This document shows, one piece after another, positions 30,190 through 43,700 of a DNA stretch of 64,000 nucleotides. The DNA is from the human T2T-CHM13v2.0 reference genome, Homo sapiens: the NCBI RefSeq assembly GCF_009914755.1, contig NC_060931.1. One strand, written 5' to 3'. Positions within the stretch are counted from its first letter, which is position 1. Each line of letters starts with the position of its first letter. A program made the position numbers and the translations under genes. The notes beneath the pieces were generated by a model. It was not told where the DNA came from. It made no database searches and saw only the letters and a list, made by a program, of their open reading frames with translations.

Positions 30190-32750
30190 GAGGATTTATT
30201 GAAATATAATTTACATACTATAGAGTGCACATATTAATGTCTACAAGTCAATGGCTTTTAGTATATACACAGATAAGTGGAGCCATCATCACAATGAATT
30301 TTAGAACATTTTCATCACTTCAAAAAGAAACCCCACCTTCTCTAGCTGTTAACCTCCTATGCACTCATCCCCTACTCAATCCTAAGCAACCACAAATCTG
30401 TTTTCTGTCTCTGTAGATCTTCCTATTCTATTTTCATCTAAATAGAATCATACAATAGGTGGCCTTTTTTGCCTGGCTTCTTTCAGTTGGCATAATGCTA
30501 TCAAGGTTCATATGCATATTGGTACTTTATTTATTTTTATAACTGTATAACAGTCAATTTCATGGATATAACATTTTGTTTATCCAATAATATTTTTATT
30601 GACATTTGAGTAGTGTTCAGCCTTTGGCTATTTTAAATACTGCTGTTAAAATACTTGTGTACAATTTGTGTTTGAACACCTCTTTCCAATACTCTGGGGG
30701 TATTCCTAGGAATACATTTCTGGGTCATATGACAATTCTATGTTTCATATATTTAGAAGCCATCAACCTATTTTCCAAAGTGGCCAGTTCTAGCCATAGA
30801 GTATCTAACTGTGGTTTTGATTTGCAGTTGCCTGATGAGTGATGCTGTTGAGTATCTTTTTATGGGATTATTGACCGTTCGTGTATCCTCTTGGGATACA
30901 CATCTATTCCTATCATTTATCAGTTTTGAGTTGGGATTTTTGTTACTGAGTTAAAACAATTTTTCTATATTCAAAATACATATATATGCAGACATATAGA
31001 TATGTGTTTCTCAAATATTTTCTCACAATTTTTGAGCTGCCTTTTGACTTGCTTGGTTGTCCTTTGAAACACCAATGTCTTTAATTTTTAAGAAATTTTA
31101 AATATCTAATTTTTATGTTGTTGCTCATGTTTTTGGTGTTACAGCTATTTCTTTGCTAGATCCAAAATCCTGAAGATTTTCGCATATGCTTTATTCTAGC
31201 TCTTGCATGTTTGTCTTTAATTGATTTGAGTTAATATTTTTGTATGCTTTGGGGTAAGGGTTCCAATTTACTATTTTGCAAGTGGCGATCCACGTGTACG
31301 TTGTTGACCCAGTTTGTTCAAAGACTGTCTCTTCCTTATTGAATTGCACATGGCACCACTGTAAGTATCCATTGACTATAGATACATAGTTTTCTATATG
31401 GACTCTCAATTCTCTTCCATCAATCTATATATTTTTCCTTCATCAGTATTGTGTTGTCTTGATTACTGAGGCTTTGCCGTAAGGTTTCGAGCACGGGGGT
31501 GTGAATTATCCTAATATGTTTTCTTTTATCAAGACTATTTTGGCTATTTTGAGTCCCTTACAATCCCATGTGTATTTTAGAATCAGTTTGTCCGTTTCTA
31601 GACAGAAGTTTGTTGGGATACTTGCAGGGATTACTTCAAATCTGTAGTTCAACTTGTAAAGTACTACAATATTAAATCTTCCAGTTCATGGGTGGAAGAT
31701 GTTTGCTAATTATTTAGATATTCTTTAAACAATAATTTTTAATTTTCAGAGTAAAATCTTGTATCACAATTTCCAAATTAATTATTATTTCTTTTTTTGA
31801 TGCTATTTTAAATTGAAGTGTTTTCTTAATTTCATTTTGGGGTTTTCATTGCAGATGTGTGCAATTGATTTTTGTACATTTATCTTGTATGCTGTAATAT
31901 TGCTGAAATAATTTACTAGTTCTATCGCTCAATGGATTCGTTAAAATTTTCTATATACAAGAATGTTATTTTCAAATCAAGTTTTATTTCTTCCTGTTCA
32001 ATATGGGTGACTCTTTTTTTTTAGTTGCCGATTTGCCCTGCATAAAATCTTTAGTACAGTGTTGACTAGAAGAGGTCAAATTATATATCCTATTCTTATC
32101 TCTGACCATAGCGGGAAAGCATCCTTTACCATTAAGTTGCATGCTTTTTGTTGGCTTTTCGCAGGTGCCATGTATCTGGTGTAGAAAGTTCTCTATTCCT
32201 GGCTCATTGAGTTTTTATTTTTATTTTTAATCATTAAAGCATTTGGATTTTGTTAAATGTCTTTTCCGAATCTATCGAGATGATCATGCAATTCTCGTTT
32301 CTTATTCTATGGATAAGATGTATTACCTTAATGGATTTTGGGCTGTTAAACCAACCTGAGATTACTAGTATAAATTTCACTTTGTTATAGTGTATACTTC
32401 TTTTATATGTTGCTAAATCTTATTTGATAGTATTTTTTAAGGAATTTTGCATTTATACTTATAGTAGTTTTATTTTTCTATGCTATTTGGACTAATTTTT
32501 GTATCAAGGTAACACTGGCCCCACAGAATAAATTGGGAAGTGAATATTTCTCTTTTTAAAAAAAGTCAGTCAAGAATTAATATCAATTAGTCAATACTAA
32601 CAAATATGATTAATATTATAAATTATTAATTTCTCTAATTTTTATTTTCTTCCTTCTGCTGGCTTTAGGTTTAGTTTGCTATACTTTCCAGTGCCTTAAT
32701 GTGGAAGGTCATCTTATCTCCTCCTTTCCTTTGTCTTTTCATTTTCTAAA
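30190..32750 (-). mobile_element. L1MB-type 3' end and ORF2 remnant
   Basis: tttattgaaatataatttacatac...ttttagaacattttcatcact...cctggcttctttcagttggcataatg...gtgttgactagaagagg...catcctttaccattaag. Confidence 0.8.
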
Positions 32751-32769
32751 TAGTGTCTTTTTAGCATCA

Positions 32770-33160
32770 GGTGAGCTCCCCAGGTTGGTAGTACTCCATG
32801 TTTATTGCTGTACAACAATGACAGGTAATATGTCCTGAAGACAATGGAAAGTTAACATTCAAAATCCTCCTAGATTCCACCTTATATGATATGTGTCTTC
32901 CTTTGATTGGTCGTAATTTCTACCCTTTCTCTATTATAAATCATGAGTACAATGGCATTCAATGAGTTCTGTGAGTCTTTTTAGTAAATTCTTGAAACTG
33001 AGAGTGTTCTGGGGAAACCCCTGAACTGGCAGTTGGTGACAAAAGTGCGAATCATCTTATATGGCCTCTTCCTTTGAACTTTGAAGCTGGACCCAAACTC
33101 TGCACAATTTGGGCCAGAAGTCTCGTGTGGACTTTGCAGCCTAAATTATCTTGTAGTTTG
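32770..33160 (+). mobile_element. MER21-like LTR fragment
   Basis: tgagttctgtgagtc...gaaactgagagtgttctggggaaacccctgaact. Confidence 0.65.
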
Positions 33161-33671
33161 TCTAACCCTCAATAAATTTGCTTTCATCAAATATTATATT
33201 TGTTACCCCAAAATTACTATCATGTTTCTTTTCTCCAAATAACTAACATTGGGAGAAATAGCCAGCTGAATCTGTAACTCAACAGAAACAAGTGATCCAT
33301 ATACCATATAAGTGGCCATTTCATTTTGCCTTCTTCCACCAAATCTTAGCAACCTCAACCATTGCCATGAGCCACTGTAGGCGTACCGTCTACAAACAAA
33401 CAAGTATCTTTTAAAAACACTTCATACTCCCATTTGATAAATTTCCCAGCAAAGAGATGCCTACTTTAACTCTATGCAAGTGGCTCATATTCGCAAAGTC
33501 TGGAGATATTATTCATGCAGTGTGAGAAAATCATCCCAGCGATGCCAGCACATTCTCCTTCCCATGATCTGCTTAGTTTGCAAACATATTCAGGCCGTAG
33601 GTGAGAGATTTGTATTTCAGAGTACAACAATTTTATGGAGGTCATTGAAACTTAGATTTAGCATTTTAGCA

Positions 33672-34012
33672 CAGTCACGCATCACTGAATGACAAGGATA
33701 CGTTCTAACAGATGCATCCATAGGCAATTTCATCATTTTGCAAACGTCAGAGAGAATATTACAAACACCTAGTTTGTACAGCCTACCACGTTTAGGTTAT
33801 ATGGTATAACCTCTCTCTCCTAGGCTACAAACCTGTGTACTACACTACTATACTGAATACTGCAGGCAATAAGAACACAGTGGTAAGAGTTTATGTATGT
33901 AAACATACTTAAACATAGAAAAGTATGTAAAATATGTATTATAATCTCATGGGACCACTTTTGTATATGTAATCCACCTTTGACTGAAAGATTATTATGC
34001 ATGACATGACTC
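33672..34012 (+). mobile_element. Tigger3a (MER7A) DNA transposon
   Basis: cagtcacgc...ctcctaggctacaaacctgt...tactgaatactg...ataatctcatgggaccac...catgact with degenerate TIRs. Confidence 0.85.
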
Positions 34013-36754
34013 TATGACAAAAATAATACATTTTAAAAAATGTACACATGTATCAAACATATTATTATAAAAATAAAAATATTTATTCAGTGTAAGAATT
34101 TGTAATGATCACAGCTTATATTTTAGTACAGTTTCAAATGCCTAGTGTAATTACTATTTATTTTTTTATGTATTTTAAACATGTATATAATAAATATTTT
34201 TCAGGTTCAACAATATATACCAATCCTACAGGCTCTTATAAATATTAGTTAAAATCAATTGGTAAATTCATGTATATTTATACATACCTCTATCAGTGAG
34301 CGTGTGTGCATGTATGTTTGTTTAAATGTAATTGTATGTGTGTATAAATGTAATTGGATGCATCCTTATATTTACCCTTACCTACAAGATTTCCAAGATT
34401 CATTTATGATCTTTAGATGATGGGCATTTAAAGATTTACCAAATACAACTGTAACAGTGGAAAATATCAAGATGTAATTAAATTCATCTTGTGCACATAA
34501 TTGTTTCTATAAATTTATGTTTCTTGCAAAACTTGCAGTAATGCTCATGCACAAAATAATTTTCTAAATAAAAAATAAAAACGTTTTCTCAGTCATTAAT
34601 TCTTAAATTTATTTCTCCCCAATAATTAATGTGAATTAATTCTTAATTATAGAATAATGTTGCCCTTCAGAGTTCGGAAATTTTTACATGTTGTACACAT
34701 TTCACTAACCAGAACAATTTCTGAAATATTGACATTAATTAATGTCACTCAGCAATTATTGATTTCAAAGCCTTTAAATACCATTCATATTCTGAATCAC
34801 AAGGGTACTTTGGCATCTTATTTAATCAAGCTCTTTGTATCATCATCTACACTTTAATTACTTAACAAGCATTTCTCTGTGTGAGAAAGTTTGAGCAGGT
34901 TATTGTGCTTTTTTAAGATGCAACTTTTGCTTAATCTAGAGATAGGCAATGCTCCCTATAAGGGACAAGGAGAAAAATAAATGAGCAATAGAGATGTGAC
35001 AGGCATGGAAAAAGTTACTACATTTATCAAAAAAATAGGGCCACGGATGACGATAATGGGGATCAAATCTTGAGATACTGACTCAGTTTATAACCGCACT
35101 GTATAATAGAGCAAATCATTTGTTAACTTTTTTACAAATGGAATTTAATTTAAGATGAATACAGTGTTTTAAACAAGGCAGGTCATCGTAAAATAAAATA
35201 GTGGAATAAAGTGATAAAACCAATGTAAAAATCGTAAACATTTTATAAAGAATTTTTGTCATGTAATTTAATATTTTTGTTCATTTAAAATCACCCAAAT
35301 CAAAATAATTTTATCTTAATTAACAAATAATCATCAGAAGTTTAACTAATTTTTACTTCATAATACTAGGTTTAAAAATTCTTAACTATATTTTTAATCA
35401 CATATGCTTCTATATAAAATAGACATAGGATATATAGTTACATGTTCACAATATTATATTGTAATTGCTCCTATGGATGTGGTTTTTCAATAGAATTAAT
35501 AAGTACTTTTAAAAAGTTTCCACTTCGATGATGTATATGATTGATGTTTCTTAGACAAAGCATACATATATTGATAGGTAATAATATGAAAATCTTCTAA
35601 AGGCATTACAGGAACACGAAAATGTAATTAAATACTCACTAATTTGTAATTTTTTATGTAAGCAGAACACATTTAACTGAAAATTGCTTCTATATAATAC
35701 TCAAACGAGACTAAAAACTTTTTAACCAGCAGAGTAAGTCTTCAAATTGATAATCTGAAGTATATTAGAGGAGAAACTTCAGGCACTCTAATATTTGAAA
35801 TGCTACAAAATATTTATATAAACTATTATTTCACAACTTCTGTTTGTAGAGTGCTATACAGTAATCAATATAAATGACATCCCAAGTCTTTCTATAGCTT
35901 TGACCACATTTACATCCTAATTTTAATTATTAATATGTTGGAGCAGTGCATACAACTAGATTCCAATCTTCCTTTTTAATGAGTAAAAATATGTCCTTTG
36001 AGACAGCATTAAAGAAAGAGCACCTTGTATAAATTCAATGCCAAGAGAAAAGATATTCTTGATTCTGAAGTCTTGTTCTTTTATACAGCAATGTAACTAA
36101 TACGAAGAAAAGCAGGATATAGATGTGGAGCCTATTTTAATAAAAAATTGTCTGTAGATTTTGATGATAAAATTTAAAAATCTACTATATTTAGTTACAA
36201 AAAACTAGGTTGTGGGAATATATTTGGTCAATAAAACACCCCTACCAAGTGCTGACAAGAAAAAAAGTTAGGTACCACCTTTCTTCTCTGCAGATGGCCT
36301 GAGATGGGTTAACTTGAAAGAATGTTTCCAAACCTGAGGTGACCCCTGAGAACAGCATAATCCACTGCTGTCTCCCACATTCAGTTTCTCAGTTTGTGCT
36401 CGTTTAATTTTGCGGGGAGGAGAGCCAGCCCTTTAAACCAATCTTCAGCATGATGGCAGAGCCAAGGAGTGTGGACAGGTGGCACGGTGTCTGACTTTGT
36501 TTCAGCAGCCACTTGGGCTTTCTCTGGATCTTCTCTGCCCTAGGGATAGCACCACTATTGAAAACATATCTTTGTGATATACTGTATGCCAGGAACTCCC
36601 AACACATTTTCCTTGAAACTGATGAAATGAATAAAAATAAACCAAGAGTTGTGCTGCTTGTTTCTGTTTCCTCCTTTCTGCAGTCCTTCTTGATCATCTA
36701 ATATTCTTAAATACATTGTCGATCACCAAAAGCAGCATAAGGTGTATACTGATT

Positions 36755-37140
36755 TGTAGCAGATGTATTAATAGCCCAGCCCCTATTCCTTACCTGTAGC
36801 TGCTGGGAAGAAAACCATTCTTAACGCTCTACAGGGTCTCATCTCCAGAATTTGCAGCTGTTTCTAGCTGAGGACTTTCTCTAGAAGCATGGGAGTTTGA
36901 TATTGGGCATGAAGTGTGAAGAAAAGTTGAGGGTAACTAAGAAGAATCTCCCTGGATTCAGTGATGTAATTCTGAGGAATGTTCCACATAGCTTCCCATA
37001 GAATTAAGCCCAGATATCTAACACAGGGACTTGCCTCTTAACACGTGTGGTACTGGCTTTTCTATCTTTCCTCTTTTATTTTGTTCTGTCTTCCTTGTCT
37101 CACTTTCACTGTGTCCTCACTCCTGCTTTAAGAATACACA
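36755..37140. mobile_element. LTR16-like ERVL LTR remnant
   Basis: gcatgggagttt...ttctgagg...gaattaagcccag...cttccttgtctcacttt...ctcactcctgct. Confidence 0.4.
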
Positions 37141-39299
37141 AACAAATACATTCATTTATTTTTTTAGAGTCTCAGAACAGAGTTGATAGTTGAACTTGTA
37201 ATCTATGATAATCAGCTTGTATGCTCTACTGACAGGAAGATAGTGAACACATAATGTCTAATTAAGATGAAATTAAAAAGTATATTGATTCATGCCCAGA
37301 GATTTAAAAATCCTAAGCGGCAGTGTCACAATTTCTTCTTTTTAGTTTACATGGTTTATTAAATGCCTACAATTGTTTTAAAGGAAGCCTTGAATCTAGG
37401 AAAAATTGAGACATATGGAATAAATTACTAACCCATTTCTCCTTGAAATCCATTAGATTCTTGATGATTTTTCACATATATTTCTGAATTGAAAAGCTAG
37501 TTGTGAATTATTTTTATAAGCATATCTTTATGTAATATTTTGTTTTTAACAGTGAAATGAAGGTTTAAAGATTAAATTATTCTATCCAGAGAATAAAAAG
37601 CAATTATTTCACAAGGAGAATATGTGTACGTTGACACGACATTTTAAAGTCTAGATTTTAAAATAGGTCCCATATACTTTTGCATCAATTAGAATATGTT
37701 TGTATCAGTCTGTCTACAGTTTTACACCTGTCTAAATGTACTTGAACTACAACAACTACCTTGAACAGTTTTGAAATTTATGATTTCTCTGAAACTGATT
37801 AAAAGAATTATGGTAGAGTAAAATTCTGATTGACATAATTTGGGAGAGAAATTATTCCTTGGACATCAACCTCTGCCAAGATATTTTATAATGACATTCA
37901 GGCTTTTTGACTTACACAATTTTTTATATAAGAAATACTAAGATGATGGCAGATAATACACAGACTTTAATTGAAATTGTACTACAATTAAAAGTCTAAA
38001 TAAATTAGAAGTGTACATGGTACATCTAAATGTATGTTTATATATTTAATTTGTGCATTTTTTTCCTAGGGTTTCTTTTGCTTTAGTTTGTAAAACGTTC
38101 TCATTTTTGTGATAATGTAGCATATATTACATAAAGAAAAATCAGGAAATAGAAAATGAAGAAGAAAACATTAGCTATTATCAACCAAATAAAAATTGTG
38201 CAATCTCTAAGCACATGAACTATGTAATATTTGTACAGCATAGTACAATATTTATGCTTCACAGGGGGAGGTAGAGCCTACAAAACCTTGAACTTGGGAC
38301 AAATAAGAAAGTAAGGAAATTTTTACAACTTATTAATATTATAGAAAATGCTGAACTTAACAGTTAAGATACAAGTAGTGAAAAATGATAGTATTTAAGG
38401 AGATCTAGAAAATTTAATCTATACCTGTAATGTGTGAGAAGTATTAGAATAATGCTTGTATTTCTGGATTGGCATCGATTTCTATTGAGACTGGAAACAT
38501 AATAGAAGTGAGCAAAAAAGAATTTAAATTGTGGATACTTGAGTTTTATACCTAGGAGTTCGAGAAATACATTTTGTTACTATCAAAGCAGTTGGCCCAA
38601 GAGTGTACAAAATTCCCTAATTGTGTCTATGTAGAGAAGACATAGACAACCAGAGAATAGCAAAACAGAAATAACAAAAAGCACGAATAAATTTTACCTG
38701 TATTTTTAAGTAAAACCCAATTAGAGAAGGAAAACATGAAATCTGTGTTTTATCAAAATTTTTCTCTTTCTCATAATATAGTTGAATATATTACTGGAAA
38801 AAATTTGAAGCACTGGTATGTTCACGAATAAAAGTAAAATATAAGGTCAAAACCATGGGAATGCAGGGAGCAGACAAAATATAACTAAACACCAAAACTG
38901 ATTTTGCCCTATGGACATGTAACAAAATGAATGAGTGCAGATTCCTACTGTCATACATCACATAGGACAGTAAAGAAATACATAGTTTTTCCCAAGAAAG
39001 GGCATCACACAGGAGCTCCTCCCTAAAGCTAGGACCAAAATTTGTATCCTCAGTATAAAGAAGAATCAGAGATAAATTAGTCCCATTTCACATTCCCTGG
39101 AAATGGCAAATAAAAATGACTTGAGATTGGACAGATTTAAAGAAACACAATTGTTAATGATTTACAGCAACTAATTTAAAAATTGTTTAAATGTGCAGTC
39201 CAAACATATGTCTGAACACCTTCAGGCCAAGAATTAACATAATGTGGTCCCAGAATGGTGTTGGCTTTAGTAGAATCACAAAAAAATTCAAATTCTCTT

Positions 39300-40300
39300 T
39301 GGCAAATTTTCTATTTACTAATCCACAAAAGTGCACAAAAATAATTTTCAGAGAAAAATAAATATTTGTCATTCAAAGGCATCTAAGTATGCAAGGAAAT
39401 GATATTCCACCATTTGAAAGAAAGCAGAAAATCAGTACAAACAGATCCACAAAGTTTCATTAGTAGAAATATCACTGTTAGATTATAAAGCACATTTGCT
39501 TTCAAAAAATTTTTTAAAAAAATGAATATATTGTTAGGAGACTAAAAAATTCATGTAGCAAATTTGGAATGTAATTTGTATAAAAATATAGTTATTTTAA
39601 ATTAAAAACTCAAAAATGAACTCATCAGATTAGACATGGCCAAGGTGAGAGTTCATAAATATTTCAGAATGCATTACAGAAAATTTTAAAAAATGTAAAA
39701 TGTGGACAGAATGATGAAGAGACATGGAAGATACAGTGAGAAAGTGTAGCATGTGTTTAGAGAGTGTTCTCATAGAGGAAGGGAACTCAGAAGGGACTAT
39801 ATATGATGGTATTTTGGCTGAAAGTTCCCTAGACTTTTGTAAGACACTAATCTGCATATTCAAAAATTCCGTGCATGGTAAGCAAGCTACAATGGAGATA
39901 AACCTACACCTATGTATCTCCTAGAGAAATAGTAAACAACGAGGAAGGGAAAAATATTTCAATTAGCACTAGAAAAATGAAATTACTTTTAATCATATTG
40001 AAATCTGAAAAAAATGAAAGGTAAAATAAACAATATTATTTGTTATGAATAATAAAGCCATTCTGAATTTCTAAACGAAGAAAAATATTCATCAACCTAT
40101 GGCTAAATAACATATTTTGAGATAAAAAACAAAACGCCACCAGCAGAATTCCACTAAAGAAACTACAGAGAAACTCTGAAAATATGCTTCAGAAAGATTG
40201 AAGTTCTGAAATCCAAGAATGAACAGAGAGTAAAATATATTGCAAAGATATAGACAGAACAAATATGAAACTGGGTTTTGAAACAAAAATATATTTAAAA
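39300..40300 (+). mobile_element. Ancient L1ME/MC ORF1-region remnant
   Basis: cagattagac...gagacatggaagatacagtgagaa...tggctgaaagttccc...ctacaccta; A-rich. Confidence 0.5.
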
Positions 40301-40420
40301 TTAGATAAGCACAGCAATATGTATGATAAAAAGAAAATTATTAAGGCTGAAGTATTCAAAGAACCCTTAACTGTCTGACAAGAGCAGAAAAGTATGACTT
40401 TGTGACTCTTTTTCTTTTTC

Positions 40421-40700
40421 GAATGGGATGGAATGGAATGGAATGGAATGGAATGGAATGGAATGGAATCGAATGGAATTGAATGGAGAGGAATGGAATG
40501 GAATGGGAGATGAGATTGTGCCATTGTGCTACAGGATGGGTGACACAGAGAGACACTCTTGAAAGAAAGGAATGGAACGGAAAGCAGTGGAATAGAATGG
40601 AATGGAATGCAATGGTGTGGAGTGGAGTGCAGTGGAGAGGAGAGGAGTGGAATGGAGTGGAATGGAATCGGATGTATTGGAATGTAGTGGAATGGAATGG
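40421..40700 (-). repeat. (GGAAT)n/(GGAGT)n transition into the satellite
   Basis: Near-pure GGAAT at 40430-40505; GGAGT/GGAGA variants at 40615-40660. Confidence 0.9.
40507..40568 (+). mobile_element. Alu 3'-end remnant embedded in (GGAAT)n
   Basis: gagatgagattgtgccattgtgctacaggatgggtgacacagagagacactctt aligns to Alu gagccgagatcgcgccactgcactccagcctgggcgacagagcgagactccgtct. Confidence 0.75.
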
Positions 40701-43700
40701 AATCATCATCGAATGGAATAGAATGGAAGTATCATCTAATGGAATCAAACGGAATCATCATCGAATGGAAACGAATGGAGTCATCATCGAATGGAATCAA
40801 ATGGAGTCATCATGGAATGGAATCAAAAGGCATCATCATCCAATGGACTTGAATGGAATCATCATCGAATGGACTCGAAAGGAATCATCATCGAATGGAA
40901 TCAAATGGAATCATCGTTGAATGGAAGCGAATGGAATCATCATCGAATGGAATCGAATGGAATCGAATTGAATCATCATTGAATGGAAATGAATGGAATC
41001 ATCATCGAATAGAACTGAAAGGAGTAATCGAATGGACCTGAATGGAGTCATCATCGATTGGAATCAAATGGAGTCATCAAATGGAATCGAAAGGAATCAT
41101 CACCAAATGTAATCAACTGGAAACACAGAATGGAATTGAATGGAATCATCATCAAAAATAATCGAATAGAATAATCGAATGGAATCAAATGCAATCAACA
41201 TCGAATGGAATCGAGTAGAATCATAGAATGACATCAAATGGAATCATCATCAAATGGAATCAAAAGGAATCATCATTGAATGGAATCAAAAGCTGTCACT
41301 GAATGGACTTGAATAGAATCATCAAATGGATTTGAAGGGAATCCTCATCGAATGGAATAGAATGGAACCATCGAATGGACTCGAATGGAATCATCATCGA
41401 ATGGAATCAAACGGAAACATCACATGGACTCGAATGAAATCAACATCAAATGGGATCAACATCCAATGTTATCGAATGGAATCATCGAATGGACACGAAA
41501 GGAATGAACAAATGGACTCGAATGGAAACATCAAATAGAATCGAATGTAATCTTCGAAAGGAATCGAAAGGAATTATAGAATGGACTCGAATGGAATCAT
41601 CGAATGGACACGAATGGAATTATCATCAAATGGAATTGAATGGATTCATCAAATGGACTCGAATGGAATCATTGAATGGAATCGAATGGAATCATCGAAT
41701 GGACTCAAATGGAATCATCATCGAATGGAATTGAATGGAATCATCGAATGGAATCAAACCGAATCCTCATCAAATGGAATCGAATGGAATCATCGAATGG
41801 AATTGAAGGCAATCATCATCGAATGGAATCAAATAGAATCATCATCGAATAGAATCAAATGGAATCATCGAATGGAATTGAATGGAATCATCATCAAAGG
41901 GAATCGAGCGGAATCATCAAATGGAATCAAATGGAATCATTGTCGAATGGAATGGAATGGAATCATTGAATGGAATTTAATGGGATCGCCAATAAACAGA
42001 ATCAAATGGAATCATCTTCTAATGGAATCGAAAGGAATCATTGAATGGACTCGAATGGAATCATCATCGAATGGAATCGTGTGGAATCATTGAATGAACT
42101 GGAAATGAATCATAATCAAATGGAATCAAAAGGAATCATCATCGAAAGGAATCACATGGAATCATCATCGAATGGAATCATATGGAAACATCACAGAACA
42201 GAATTGAATGGAATCATCAATTCGACTCGAATGGAATCATCAAATGGACTCAACGGGAATCATTATTGAATGGAATTGAATAAAGTCATCGGATGGACTC
42301 GAATGGAATTATCATTGAATGGAATTGATTGGAAACATCGAATGCACTCGAATGGAATAATCATCTAATGGAATTGAATGGAATCATTGAATGGACACGA
42401 ATGGAATCATCATCAAATGGAATCCATTGGAATCATCGAATGGAATTGAATGGAATTATCGAATGGAATCAAATGGAATCATCTTTGAATGGAATCAAAT
42501 GGAACCATCGAACAGAATCGAATGCAATCATCATTGAATGGAATTGAAAGGAATCATTGAATGGAATCCAATGAAATCACCATTGAATGCACTCGCATGG
42601 AATCATCATCAAATAGAATCAAAAGGAATCATCGAATGGACTCGAATGGAATCATCATTGAATGGGAATGGAATCGAATGGAATCATCAAATGGAATCAA
42701 ATGGAATCATCATCAAATGTAATCAAATGGAATCATCGAATGGAATCGAATGGAATCATAATTGAATGGATTCAAATAGAATAATCGAATTAAATAGAAT
42801 GGAATCAACATCAAATGGAATTGAAAGGAATCATAGAATGGTATCAAATGGAATCATCATCGAATGGAATGGAATAGAATCATCATCCAATGGAATCAAA
42901 AGTAATCATTCAATGGACTCTAGTAGAATCATCGAATGGACTTGAATGGAATCATCATCGAATGGAGTAGAATGGAATCATCGAATGGACCCGAATGGAA
43001 TCATGATTGAACGGAATCGAATGGAATCATCTAATGGACCCGAATGGAATCATCATGGAATGAAATAGAATGGATTCATCATCAAATGGAATGGAATGGA
43101 ATCATGTAATGGACACGAATAAAATCATCATCGAATGGAATTGAATGGAATCATCTATTGTACCCAAATGGAATCATCATTGAATGGAATAGAATGGAAT
43201 CATCAAATGGAATCGAATGGAATATACATCATATGGAATCAAGTGCAATCATCGCATGGACTCGAATGTAATAATCAGAGAATGGAATCGAATGGAATCA
43301 TTGAATGGACTCGAATGGAATCATCATCAAATGGAATCAAATGGATTCATCTAATGGACCCAAATGGAATCATCATCGAATGGAATCAAATGGAATCATC
43401 GAATGGACTCAAATGGAATCATCATCGAATGGAATCGAATGGAATCATCGAATGGACTCGAATGGAATCATCATCGAATGGAATGAAATGGAATCATCAA
43501 ATGGATTAGAATGGAATCATCATTGAATGAAATCGAATGGAATCATCGAATGGCATCAAATGGAATCATCATTGAATGAAATCGAATGGAATCTTCAAAT
43601 GGACTCGATTGGAATCATCACCGAATGCAATCGAATCGAAATATAATCAAATGGAATCGAATGGAATCATCATCTAATGGAATCGAATTGAATCATCAAC

